A DNA stretch of 64,000 nucleotides from Minisyncoccia bacterium. Its GTDB lineage: Bacteria > Patescibacteriota > Minisyncoccia > Phycocordibacterales > DATDWN01. This document shows positions 19,262 through 28,601 of the stretch, in pieces (positions within the stretch are counted from its first letter, which is position 1; each line of letters opens with the position of its first letter). The position numbers and the translations under genes are program-made. Below the pieces are notes generated by a model, which saw only the letters and a program-made list of their open reading frames with translations, made no database searches and was not told the origin of the DNA. The stretch covers positions 459 to 64,458 of the forward strand of contig JBAQUS010000011.1 of the NCBI GenBank assembly GCA_049297675.1. Reading direction: 5' to 3'.

Positions 19262-20261
19262 CTAGTTTTCGAGCCCGTTCATGAAGCCTGTGACGTACCA
19301 TGGCGGAGTCCATCCGCCAGTGGAACCATCTGTACCACCTACGCCGGTGTTGACACCCCCTCTACCTTTCGACGGACGAGACGGGAAAGGCAACCAATCG
19401 ATAGACTGGTCCTTTTGAGTATAGAAGTCATACCCGTAATTCGGGTAAATGGTGTAGGCAGGCGAGTACGCCAATCTCCCGCTCCGGCTTTTAGCAGTCA
19501 GTTTGACCTGCTTGGCTCCGTTGTAAAGCCAATCACGTGAGATTGAAATGGTTGCATCACCACCCGGACAGAAACTTGTGACAATCCACTTGCCATTTGT
19601 AGTGTGGACGTCAAAGATCTCCCCATCCATTGGGCTGTGGATGGTCAGGTAGACAGTTCGATCAATGTGTCGCATCCCAGAATTCGCATCCGGGTTGACG
19701 ATAGTCTTGCCGTCGAACTCAACCGGACATCGTAGATGCGCTGTACGAGCGGCATCGGCCTCTCGATTTGATCGTTTGATCACCGCATCGTGCTGTTTCT
19801 GGAGCTTGTTGCGAACCTTTCTCTCCTCGCTAGACGCCCCCTTGTAGAGCTCTGAGAGAATCTCGTTCTGCTCCTTCTTGAGGCTCTTCACCTCAGTATT
19901 AACCTCTACCCTAGCCTGATACAAACTAGGCTTTGGTTCGGTGGTCGTCAGAAGGTCTTCACTGAGCTTTTTGTCAAGCTCTCTCAAAGTCTTGAGACGC
20001 AACTCGATCTGCTCGAGCCTCGCCACCTCTGGAGATTTTCTCTCCGCAAGATGGTCCGGGATCGACCTTGTCTCGATTGGCTCGACCTCTTTCGAGACCG
20101 ACTGTGTAGAGATATTATCAACCTCCACCGTCAGCTCGTCAGCCGGAAGCCGAAGTTCAGGCTCGTCGACGACGATCGGCTTCTGCTGGCTCTGCGCCGA
20201 GGCAACCGACACGACAGTGAACGAAACGAAAATCATGAACGATTTCAAATAGCTGGCCATG
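19262..20261 (-). CDS. Secreted hypothetical protein (signal peptide, coiled-coil middle, beta-rich C-terminal domain); compositionally GC-rich
   Basis: Start moved to MASYLKSFMIFVSFTVVSVASA, which has a perfect AGGAGG Shine-Dalgarno 5 nt upstream (rc of 20262..20272). GC is clearly higher than in flanking genes. Confidence 0.55.
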
Positions 20262-20395
20262 CTGGCCTCCTTGTTAGATAGACCCCCATGGTCCGCTTTA
20301 ATTATACACCCAAATGTATCTTCTGTCAAGGTGTTAACAGTGGCTTAAAATAGGGCTATTTTTGAGCATTTTTCTATGATAAAATTAGGGGACTT

Positions 20396-20506
20396 GTCCC
20401 GTTAGAGACCGTTATGGCGATAAAAACAAAAATAAGTTTTAGTATAAAAATTAATAATGTAATAAAAATAACAGACGCTACGATAGCGATCTGTCTCTAA
20501 CGGGAT
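20396..20506 (+). promoter_or_regulatory. 13-bp inverted repeat (gtcccgttagagac / gtctctaacggga) bracketing 85 nt of AT-rich leader; the right arm abuts the pilB start codon
   Basis: Right arm ends at 20504; ATG is at 20505. Confidence 0.3.
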
Positions 20507-22184
20507 GACAGTAGAATTTGACGAAGATAAACAAAATAAGCGAGTAAAGGACCTTCGAAAAGAGGAGGAGGAGGAACTGACTTCGGCTATGTCCTCTAAG
20601 TTTGGCCTACCATATCTTGATCTCACTGTTACTCCAATAAACATAGATGCATTGCGTGTAATATCCGAAGCAGAAACCAGAGAATCTCAAATAGCAGTTT
20701 TTAATGAAGTAAATAAGGAGTTAAGTATTGGAGTGCTCTCTCCAAATAACCCGAATACATTAAAATCAATTGAAAAGCTAAAGAACAAGGGCTACCGAGC
20801 AGAGCTTTACATGGTTTCACATGCAAGTTTGCAAAAAGTTTGGGAAAGATACAAAGATTTATCATATTCTTTTGAAACCAAATCTGGAGCACTGGATATT
20901 TCAAACGATCAAATCACAGAATTTTTAAGGCAGGTTCATACTATAACCGATGTCCAGAAATTAATAGCTGAAGTATTGAGTCTAAAAAAAAGTTATAGAA
21001 TATCGAGAATCATGGAGATTATCCTTGCAGGTGCGATTGCCACAAACTCCTCAGATATTCATTTGGAACCTGAGGAAAGTTATGTAAGGCTTCGTTATAG
21101 ACTGGACGGAATTCTGACGGATATTTTGGAATTCGATTTGGAAACATTTAAATTACTGCTATCTAGAATAAAACTGGTTTCAAATCTTAAACTAAATGTC
21201 TCTGGAGCACAAGATGGTAGATTCAGTATCAAACTTGAAGATACAGAAATAGAAATAAGGACATCACTTCTTCCAGGAGCTTATAGTGAATCGATTGTTA
21301 TGAGAGTTTTAAATCCTAATGCTATTTCAGTACCACTAGAAGATCTTGGTATACATCCAAGATTACTTGAAATTATCACACGAGAACTCGGTAAGCCAAA
21401 TGGTATGATGCTTAACACAGGACCAACAGGTGCTGGAAAGACTACTACACTTTATGCCTTTCTCAAAAAAATCCATCAGCCAGAAGTAAAAATAATTACA
21501 ATTGAAGACCCAATTGAGTATCATCTGCCGGGTATAGTACAAACCCAGGTCAATGAAAAATTGAACTACAACTTTGCTGAAGGGCTTCGTAGTGCACTTC
21601 GTCAGGATCCAGACGTCATCATGGTTGGAGAGATTAGAGACAGCGAGACTGCCGAAATCGCTATTAACTCAGCCCTCACAGGACACTTGGTTTTCTCAAC
21701 CCTTCACACCAACACCGCGGCTGGAACCTTTCCTAGACTTATTGATCTCGGGGTAAATCCAAAGGTTATTTCTTCGGCAATAAACCTGGTCATGGCGCAG
21801 AGATTAGTTAGAAAACTTTGCAACTACTGCAAACAGGAAATAACGGTTGAGGGAAATAATAAGAAAATCTTAGATAGGATTTTGGAAACTATTTCTGATA
21901 AAACATACTTGGAAGGGCTGGACCTAAACAAAATATGGAAAGCTGTAGGTTGTGAGAAATGCAACAAAACAGGATATATTGGGAGAATAGGAATATACGA
22001 GGGTATTCTCATTGATGACAAAATAGAGAGCATTATTGTTCAAAACCCAAGTGATAGAGAAATAAAAAAAGCTGCTCTCGAGCAGAATATTTTAGATTTA
22101 ATACAAGACGGAGCAATAAAAATTTTTAAAGGCATCACCACAGTTGAAGAACTGGAGAGAACCGCCGACACTGGTAAAGAATAG
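20505..22184 (+). CDS. pilB: Type II/IV secretion system ATPase (GspE/PilB family)
   Basis: Walker A GPTGAGKTTT. Asp/His boxes (LVFSTLHTNTAAGTFPRLIDLGV). C-terminal CxxC..CxxC zinc motif (CNYC..CEKC). Confidence 0.8.
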   Translation: MTVEFDEDKQNKRVKDLRKEEEEELTSAMSSKFGLPYLDLTVTPINIDALRVISEAETRESQIAVFNEVNKELSIGVLSPNNPNTLKSIEKLKNKGYRAELYMVSHASLQKVWERYKDLSYSFETKSGALDISNDQITEFLRQVHTITDVQKLIAEVLSLKKSYRISRIMEIILAGAIATNSSDIHLEPEESYVRLRYRLDGILTDILEFDLETFKLLLSRIKLVSNLKLNVSGAQDGRFSIKLEDTEIEIRTSLLPGAYSESIVMRVLNPNAISVPLEDLGIHPRLLEIITRELGKPNGMMLNTGPTGAGKTTTLYAFLKKIHQPEVKIITIEDPIEYHLPGIVQTQVNEKLNYNFAEGLRSALRQDPDVIMVGEIRDSETAEIAINSALTGHLVFSTLHTNTAAGTFPRLIDLGVNPKVISSAINLVMAQRLVRKLCNYCKQEITVEGNNKKILDRILETISDKTYLEGLDLNKIWKAVGCEKCNKTGYIGRIGIYEGILIDDKIESIIVQNPSDREIKKAALEQNILDLIQDGAIKIFKGITTVEELERTADTGKE

Positions 22185-22341
22185 TTACAAAGTAACTTAG
22201 ATAAAATAGCAAGTCTTTAAAAATTAAATTAGACAAGCTGTCCACTTCTCTTTGCAGTGTATAAGTCACTTGCCAAAGAGTTGTTAAAACATATACTGAT
22301 GAAAGAGATTTGATTTTGCGTTGTATAAAGGCGTGAGAGAA

Positions 22342-22522
22342 CAAAAAACTCCAAAATATAAATCTCTAAGCAACACTTTCAATAATCGATACCAAAAGCC
22401 AAGCATTTTACAAAGGATAGTGTCAGATTGTTACACAAGATAACACCCAGCACGTCCTCGCAGAAACGCTCTTAAGCATAAAATGCCCAGTTGCTTAGAG
22501 ATTTATATTTTGGAGCAAAAAA
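22342..22522. mobile_element. MITE-like element: 26-bp perfect terminal inverted repeats (ctccaaaatataaatctctaagcaac) flanking a 115-bp core, with 7-bp direct repeat CAAAAAA on both sides
   Basis: Left TIR 22349..22374, right TIR 22490..22515. Direct repeats at 22342..22348 and 22516..22522. Confidence 0.5.
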
Positions 22523-22693
22523 CCATATAACTCTACTTGAGCCATATTTTGTCCTTATTTTAAGCCCTCCTTTTCAATGATTAGATTCAGCAATAGTCTA
22601 TCATAAAAGACACTTGATGTCAATAGATAATCGTGGCCTAAATTAAAGTGGTCTCTGATACTATTTTAGTGTAAATTTTGCAATAATAGGTTA

Positions 22694-23716
22694 ATGTCAA
22701 CCAAAAAGGTTAAAAAAACCAGCGGAGAAAAAATAAATCAAGAAAAAGATTCACTTTTTTTAGACACAACACTTAGGCCAAGTAGGTGGGATGACTATGT
22801 TGGACAGGCAAACATTAAAAAGAACTTGCAAATACTTCTTACCGCAGCTAAGGAGAGGAGTCACCCACCTGAACACATACTTTTTTATGGTTCACCTGGT
22901 TTGGGTAAGACTACTCTGGCTCATCTCATAGCTAAAGAAACAAATTCGCAGATGAAAGTGACTTCAGGTCCTGCCATAGAGAAAGTTGGCGACCTAGCAT
23001 CGATCCTTACTAACCTATCTCCCGGTGATATTCTTTTTATAGACGAAATACATCGCCTAAACAAAGCTATTGAGGAAGTTTTGTATCCGGCAATGGAATC
23101 AGGATCGCTAGACATCATTATAGGTAAAGGCCCGAGTGCAAGGACTATACAACTAGAGCTACCTGCATTTACCCTAATAGGTGCAACCACTCGTATTGCT
23201 ATGATATCCTCCCCTCTTCGCTCACGTTTCTCTGGTGGAATATTTAAACTTGAGTTCTACACAAACGAAGAGATACAGAAAATAATAACTAGGTCAGCGA
23301 AAATACTAGGAATCGACTTGGAAAAGTCAGCTAGTGAGGAAATCTCTAAAAGATCGCGCTTTACCCCGAGAACAGCTAACTATTTTTTGAAAAGGTGCAG
23401 GGACTTTGCTCAAGTTCACAAAAGAAAGATGGATAAATCAGCAGTAGACGAGGCTCTTAAGCTATTAGGGATTGATAAGGTGGGACTTACACCATCTGAT
23501 AGAGATATAATGCACACTATAATAAACAAATTCTCTGGTGGACCTGTGGGACTAAATACTTTGGCTGCCGCTTTGGGCGAGGAGCAAGCAACCATAGAGG
23601 AGTTTAACGAACCATACCTCATTCAGCTTGGATTTCTTGATAGAACTCCACGTGGAAGAACTGTGACAACTTTAGGATATGAGCACCTTGGACTAACGTC
23701 TCCTACATTACTTTAA
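22694..23716 (+). CDS. ruvB: Holliday junction branch-migration ATPase RuvB
   Basis: Walker A GSPGLGKTTLAHLIA. Conserved RuvB layout. Confidence 0.9.
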   Translation: MSTKKVKKTSGEKINQEKDSLFLDTTLRPSRWDDYVGQANIKKNLQILLTAAKERSHPPEHILFYGSPGLGKTTLAHLIAKETNSQMKVTSGPAIEKVGDLASILTNLSPGDILFIDEIHRLNKAIEEVLYPAMESGSLDIIIGKGPSARTIQLELPAFTLIGATTRIAMISSPLRSRFSGGIFKLEFYTNEEIQKIITRSAKILGIDLEKSASEEISKRSRFTPRTANYFLKRCRDFAQVHKRKMDKSAVDEALKLLGIDKVGLTPSDRDIMHTIINKFSGGPVGLNTLAAALGEEQATIEEFNEPYLIQLGFLDRTPRGRTVTTLGYEHLGLTSPTLL

Positions 23717-23756
23717 TTTTACTTTACAAACTTTATTAACTTTATAATCTATCCTT
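23717..23756 (+). promoter_or_regulatory. Conserved leader/promoter motif (..actttacaaactttattaactttataatc..) upstream of the yebC-like gene
   Basis: TATAAT lies 9 nt before the ATG. Leader motif resembles those at 51159..51255 and 51691..51772. Confidence 0.35.
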
Positions 23757-24284
23757 ATGTCAGGACATAACAAATGGTCAAAGATAAAGAGACAGAAAGA
23801 AAAAACTGATGGAGAGAAGTCGAAGATGTTTGGTAAAATGGCTAAACTTATCTCTGTTGAAGCCAAAAAGTCTGGTGGAAATATTTCTTCACCAGGACTA
23901 AAAGCAGTTATAGAGAAAGCAAAGTCAATCAACATGCCCAACGATAATATTGACAGAGCCATAAAGAAATCCTCTGAAGCAGGAGAATCAGAGATTGTAG
24001 TTTACGAGGCATACGGACCAGGAGGATGCGCTATGATAATTGAGTGTCTTACAGATAACAAAAATCGTGCAAACCAGGAAGTCAAAACCATCCTCTCACG
24101 CAATGGATATGCCATGGCCGGTGTTGGCGCGGCCAGCTGGGCGTTTACACATAATCCTGGGGAAGATTGGTTACCAACTTCCACTATTGCACTTTCAGAT
24201 GAAGATGGAGAAAAACTCGTGGCACTTGTAGATGAGCTTGAGGGGTCAGATGAGATACAAGAGGTTTACACAAACGCCGAATAG
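23757..24284 (+). CDS. YebC/PmpR-family probable transcriptional regulator (short form)
   Basis: N-terminus MSGHNKWSKIKRQK.. and conserved YEAYGPGG segment typical of YebC. Confidence 0.6.
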   Translation: MSGHNKWSKIKRQKEKTDGEKSKMFGKMAKLISVEAKKSGGNISSPGLKAVIEKAKSINMPNDNIDRAIKKSSEAGESEIVVYEAYGPGGCAMIIECLTDNKNRANQEVKTILSRNGYAMAGVGAASWAFTHNPGEDWLPTSTIALSDEDGEKLVALVDELEGSDEIQEVYTNAE

Positions 24285-24363
24285 TATAACATCCAAATTT
24301 AACGAACGCCTTCGTTGGATTTCATTTAAATTTGAATGTTCTAAAAAATGCTAAAATACTGAA

Positions 24364-24864
24364 ATGCGAATAGTCTCAATTGATCCTGGGTATGAAAGAC
24401 TGGGAATTGCTATCTTAGAAAAACTTCCCCAAGGTGTCACCTTGGGGAAGGAAGTTTTGGTATTTTCAGAATGTTTTAAAACATCATCTAAACTCCCCCA
24501 CTCTGAACGACTTACTCTTATTGGAGACAGAATAAAAGAAATAATAAAAAAATATAAACCTGAGCAGATGGCAACCGAGAAACTTTTCTTCTCTGGAAAC
24601 CAGAAAACGGCAATGCTTGTAGCCGAAGCACGTGGGGTGATTCTCTACTCTGGAACTTCGGCAGGAATTCCTGTCTTTGAATATACCCCAAACCAAGTCA
24701 AAATCGCCATAACCGGATACGGTAGAAGCGAAAAGAGACAAATAATAAGTATGGTACAAAAACTTATCACCTTTCCCAAAGGGGTACCCTTTGGGAAAAC
24801 ACAATCAGATGATGAATTCGATGCTATAGCTATAGGACTTACCCATTTTGCAATTCAAAGATAA
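24364..24864 (+). CDS. ruvC: Holliday junction resolvase RuvC
   Basis: N-terminus MRIVSIDPGYERLGIAILE carrying the catalytic Asp. 166 aa. Confidence 0.8.
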   Translation: MRIVSIDPGYERLGIAILEKLPQGVTLGKEVLVFSECFKTSSKLPHSERLTLIGDRIKEIIKKYKPEQMATEKLFFSGNQKTAMLVAEARGVILYSGTSAGIPVFEYTPNQVKIAITGYGRSEKRQIISMVQKLITFPKGVPFGKTQSDDEFDAIAIGLTHFAIQR

Positions 24865-24873
24865 AGATAACTA

Positions 24874-24915
24874 AACGGTCGGACAGGAAACTGCTCGGCC
24901 GTTTCCTGTTATATA
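24874..24915 (+). terminator. Hairpin after ruvC (acaggaaac-tgctcggcc-gtttcctgt)
   Basis: 9-bp perfect stem with a weak T-rich tail. A second GC-rich hairpin lies at 24966..25017. Confidence 0.3.
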
Positions 24916-25091
24916 AATAGCAAAATTAAAATTTCATTGAGCAAATATCATTTTGAAGACTTCGCAGGCCTGAAAGCTTGGCTCTGTCAAGGCACCCCTT
25001 CTTGACAGTTTCAGGCCGAGAATAAGCGAACTCTCCGCAGGAGAGAGTGAGCGGTCTGAAAAATGATGTTTGTGAGAATGAGATTTTAATT

Positions 25092-26888
25092 TTACGATCG
25101 CATCATTTTGAGAAAAACATCTTGAGGGATATTTACCTTTCCCCTCTCTTTCATCTTCTTCTTTCCCTTCTTTTGCTTCTCACGAAGTTTCATTTTGCGA
25201 GTTATGTCTCCTCCGTACATGTGCTGAGTGACATCTTTACTGAAAGCTGAAACGGAACGACTAGAAATAATCCTCCCTAATGCTTTTCCTTGAATTTTCA
25301 TAGCAAACATCTGACGAGGAAGAACTAAATGGAGTTTTTCAACAGCTTTCTCTGCTTCTTCTTCAACCACCCTACGAGAAACTACTCTGGAGAATGCTGG
25401 GAGAACTTCGTCAGCTACTAGTATATCTAACCTAACAACATCAGCACTCTTCATTCCCTCTATTTCGTAAGAAATTGAAGCAAAACCACTTGATGAACTT
25501 TTCAGCTTATCAAAGAAATTTCTCATAAGTTCTCTAAGTGGCATCTTCAAAGTCAGTCTCGTTCTGTCTTCACCAAAGTTCTCGGAATCCCCCACTTCGG
25601 CTTCGTGTTCATAGAGAAGTGGCATAAGATTTGCTATATACTCTACTGGAGTAATAATAACCACTTTCGCCCAAGGCTCTTTTATTTCGGATAAAAGTCC
25701 TTCATCTGGAAAGTATGCCGGCGAATAAATCATCTCAGTTTTATCTTTTTTTGGACCCGATTTGTATTTGACTTCGTAAGTAATGGTTGGCATCGTCACA
25801 ACAAGAACTAGATTAAACTCTCTGTGAAGACGCTCTGTTATAATCTCTAAATGAAGCATTCCTAAAAATCCACATCTAAAACCCCTGCCTAGTGCTCCTG
25901 AAGATTCCTCTTCAAATGTAAAAGACGAATCAGAAAGTTTTAGTTTTCCGAGAGATTGTTTAAGTAGAATAAAATCATCTTGGCTTTCTGGATATATAGA
26001 TGCCCAAACGACTGGTCGAGGCGACATATATCCTGGAAGTGGTGGCAGATTATCTTTTAGGTCAGAAACTGTGTCCCCAACAGATGCTATACCTGGCTCT
26101 TTTATACCAGTGACAATGTATCCTATCTCTCCAGAAGAAAGTGAATCTACAGGCTTTTCATCTGGAGAAAATATTCCTACCTCTATGCCAGTAAATGTTT
26201 TTTTTGAAACCTTGAAAAGTAGTTTTTCATTTCGAGAAATTTTTCCACTCATAACACGAACAAAAACTATTACTCCTCTATGTGTTGAGTATTTAAAATC
26301 AAAAATGAGTGATCTAAAAGAATCAGTCACCTCTACTTGTTTAGGTTCCGGTATTCTTTTTATTATTTCTTTTAGTAAACTCTCCACACCCAGGCCTGTT
26401 CTGCCTGAAACTAAAAGTACTTCGTCCTCATTACAATCAAGTAGTTTAATTACTTCACTCTTTACCTCTTCTATCTTCGCCAGGGGAGAATCTATTTTGG
26501 ATATAACAGGTATGATTTTAAGCCCAGATTCTCTTGCCATTCCAAGTGTTGTTAGGGTCTGAGCCTGTACACCTTGAGTAGCATCTACCAAAAGTATTGA
26601 TCCTTCTACAGCCTTGAGTGCCCTTGAAACCTCATACGAGAAATCGATATGACCTGGAGTGTCTATTAGATTCAAAATATAACTTTTTCCGCCATGATCG
26701 TACTTCATTCTTACAGGTTGCATTTTTATGGTAATGCCTCTTTCGCGCTCAAGCTCCATAGAGTCGAGAACTTGATCCTGCATTTTACGAGCCTCAATCG
26801 TATGAGTTAACTCAAGTATTCGATCTGCCAAGGTGGACTTCCCGTGATCTATGTGGGCTATGATTGAAAAATTCCTAATATTCTGCAT
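25092..26888 (-). CDS. lepA: Elongation factor 4 (LepA)
   Basis: N-terminus MQNIRNFSIIAHIDHGKSTLADRILELT. GTPase motifs. Confidence 0.9.
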   Translation of the reverse strand: MQNIRNFSIIAHIDHGKSTLADRILELTHTIEARKMQDQVLDSMELERERGITIKMQPVRMKYDHGGKSYILNLIDTPGHIDFSYEVSRALKAVEGSILLVDATQGVQAQTLTTLGMARESGLKIIPVISKIDSPLAKIEEVKSEVIKLLDCNEDEVLLVSGRTGLGVESLLKEIIKRIPEPKQVEVTDSFRSLIFDFKYSTHRGVIVFVRVMSGKISRNEKLLFKVSKKTFTGIEVGIFSPDEKPVDSLSSGEIGYIVTGIKEPGIASVGDTVSDLKDNLPPLPGYMSPRPVVWASIYPESQDDFILLKQSLGKLKLSDSSFTFEEESSGALGRGFRCGFLGMLHLEIITERLHREFNLVLVVTMPTITYEVKYKSGPKKDKTEMIYSPAYFPDEGLLSEIKEPWAKVVIITPVEYIANLMPLLYEHEAEVGDSENFGEDRTRLTLKMPLRELMRNFFDKLKSSSSGFASISYEIEGMKSADVVRLDILVADEVLPAFSRVVSRRVVEEEAEKAVEKLHLVLPRQMFAMKIQGKALGRIISSRSVSAFSKDVTQHMYGGDITRKMKLREKQKKGKKKMKERGKVNIPQDVFLKMMRS

Positions 26889-26921
26889 GAACTGTAGTTA
26901 AGCATAAAATTGATATTTTTT

Positions 26922-28601
26922 CTATTGGAGCTCTGCATCCGGGGCAATGGCTTTTACCTTCCATATTTTTTTGTGCAATGTCCCCCATACTTCTTGTAAT
27001 TCTCTGCTTCCTAAAAGATACAACACAAATACAAGCGATATTATTCCTACTATACCTGATAGAAAACCATGCATAAAAATTCCCAAAAGAGTATTTATAT
27101 TTAAAAGTGTTCCCAATAATTCAAGGACCTTATATGTCACAAATCCCATAATTATAGATGAACCAAAAACTTCAAAAAACGTTCGAAAAACTGGTCTAGA
27201 AAACCCAGGAAAGTGAATATGGAAACCTGCCCAATGAATGATTAGACTAATAAACAACCCTATACTATAACCTAGTGGAAGCATCAAAACTGCAGTCCCG
27301 GGTATATCAGAAACCTTAAGTATTGACTCCATGAAGTACTTAAAAACTGTACTATCCTTAAAAACACTAATCAACTCGAAACTGGCATATACCAAGAAAA
27401 AGGCTGAAATTATATTCATAAAAAGAGGAGTTTTGGTCTTTCCTTGCGAATAGTACGATCTTACAAAAAGAGTGACCAGATTTTGGGCAACAAGGGAAAC
27501 TGTAAAAAGCGCTAAGGCTGCAGCAGTCAAACGAGTGTCATCCCAGTTAAACCTTCCGGCACCAAGAATTGTTCTAACTATCTGAGCCCTTAGAACAATA
27601 AATAAAACTGAGGCTGGTATGGACCAAAAAATAATGTGCTTAGATGAGGATATCATTTGATCAATAAACTCGTTCCTATTTCCTTTTGAAAAAAGTCTGG
27701 TCAAGGTTGGAAAAGCTGCCAAAGAGTAACTAACACCAATAATACTAAACGGAACAGACTGTAAATTGAACGAGAAATTAAATATCGCTACTGACCCAGG
27801 AACAAAAAAGGAGGCAAAGGAAATTAAAAAGAGTTCCGCAATTTCGTTGGATGAAACCGTGATTGTCCTCGGAAGTGAGGTGTAAATTATATTTTTGATA
27901 AATGAGAATTTAATAGGAAAATGAAAAGCAGGAAACATTCCTATACTTATTATAAATGGGATTTGTATAGCAAAATGTAAAAGTGCACCTAGAACAACAC
28001 CATAACCCAATCCAGAAATACCGAAAGTGGGATAGAAAAAAACTATGCCAATAATGATACCTATATTGTAAACAACTGGTGAAACTGCATAGACAAAAAA
28101 CCTTCTGTGTGTCTGGGTAATACTACCTAAAAGATTGGAGAGCCCGAGAAGAATCGGGGATAGTAGTAGAATTCTAGTCAAATTGACCAGTTCGCCAAAA
28201 CTTTCACTAAGAAAAAATAAAGGGAATAGTTTGGACAAAACATATGGAGAAAAAATATAAGCGACCACACTTGAGAGAAGTACGAAACAAAAATAGAAAG
28301 TGAAGACCGTATCTATAAAATTCTTTGCTTCACTTTCACTTTTATCCATTCTCTCAACTAAAAAAGGAATGATGACTGATATGGAAACCACAGAAGCCAC
28401 TAAAACAAATATTATGTCTGGAATTCTAAATGCTGAATAATATAGATCGAGAGTATTTCCAGCGCCAAAATATGAAGCTAAAATTCTATCGCGAAAAAGA
28501 GCCAAAATTTGTGAACAAACTGCAAAAAATCCGAGTAAGTACGCGGCTTGATGAAGACTGCCGACTTCCCTGCTTAGCATATTTATTAAATTCTTTACCA
28601 T
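26922..28601 (-). CDS. murJ: Lipid II flippase MurJ (MviN family)
   Basis: N-terminal LALFRDRILASYFGAGNTLDLYYSAFRIPD matches the MurJ signature. About 14 TM segments. Confidence 0.75.
   Translation of the reverse strand: MVKNLINMLSREVGSLHQAAYLLGFFAVCSQILALFRDRILASYFGAGNTLDLYYSAFRIPDIIFVLVASVVSISVIIPFLVERMDKSESEAKNFIDTVFTFYFCFVLLSSVVAYIFSPYVLSKLFPLFFLSESFGELVNLTRILLLSPILLGLSNLLGSITQTHRRFFVYAVSPVVYNIGIIIGIVFFYPTFGISGLGYGVVLGALLHFAIQIPFIISIGMFPAFHFPIKFSFIKNIIYTSLPRTITVSSNEIAELFLISFASFFVPGSVAIFNFSFNLQSVPFSIIGVSYSLAAFPTLTRLFSKGNRNEFIDQMISSSKHIIFWSIPASVLFIVLRAQIVRTILGAGRFNWDDTRLTAAALALFTVSLVAQNLVTLFVRSYYSQGKTKTPLFMNIISAFFLVYASFELISVFKDSTVFKYFMESILKVSDIPGTAVLMLPLGYSIGLFISLIIHWAGFHIHFPGFSRPVFRTFFEVFGSSIIMGFVTYKVLELLGTLLNINTLLGIFMHGFLSGIVGIISLVFVLYLLGSRELQEVWGTLHKKIWKVKAIAPDAELQ

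Noticed and set aside
20262-20329. Upstream start (MTEDTFG..) for the GC-rich secreted protein gene
   Set aside because: A perfect AGGAGG Shine-Dalgarno precedes the internal Met that begins the signal peptide. The extension lacks signal-peptide character.
24966-25017. GC-rich nested hairpin (aggcctgaaa..ctgtcaag..cttgacag..tttcaggcc) between ruvC and lepA, considered as a terminator or sRNA
   Set aside because: No T-run on either side. Kept only as a note; function not inferable from sequence.
26071-26562. 163-aa plus-strand ORF
   Set aside because: Antisense inside lepA, whose identity is unambiguous.
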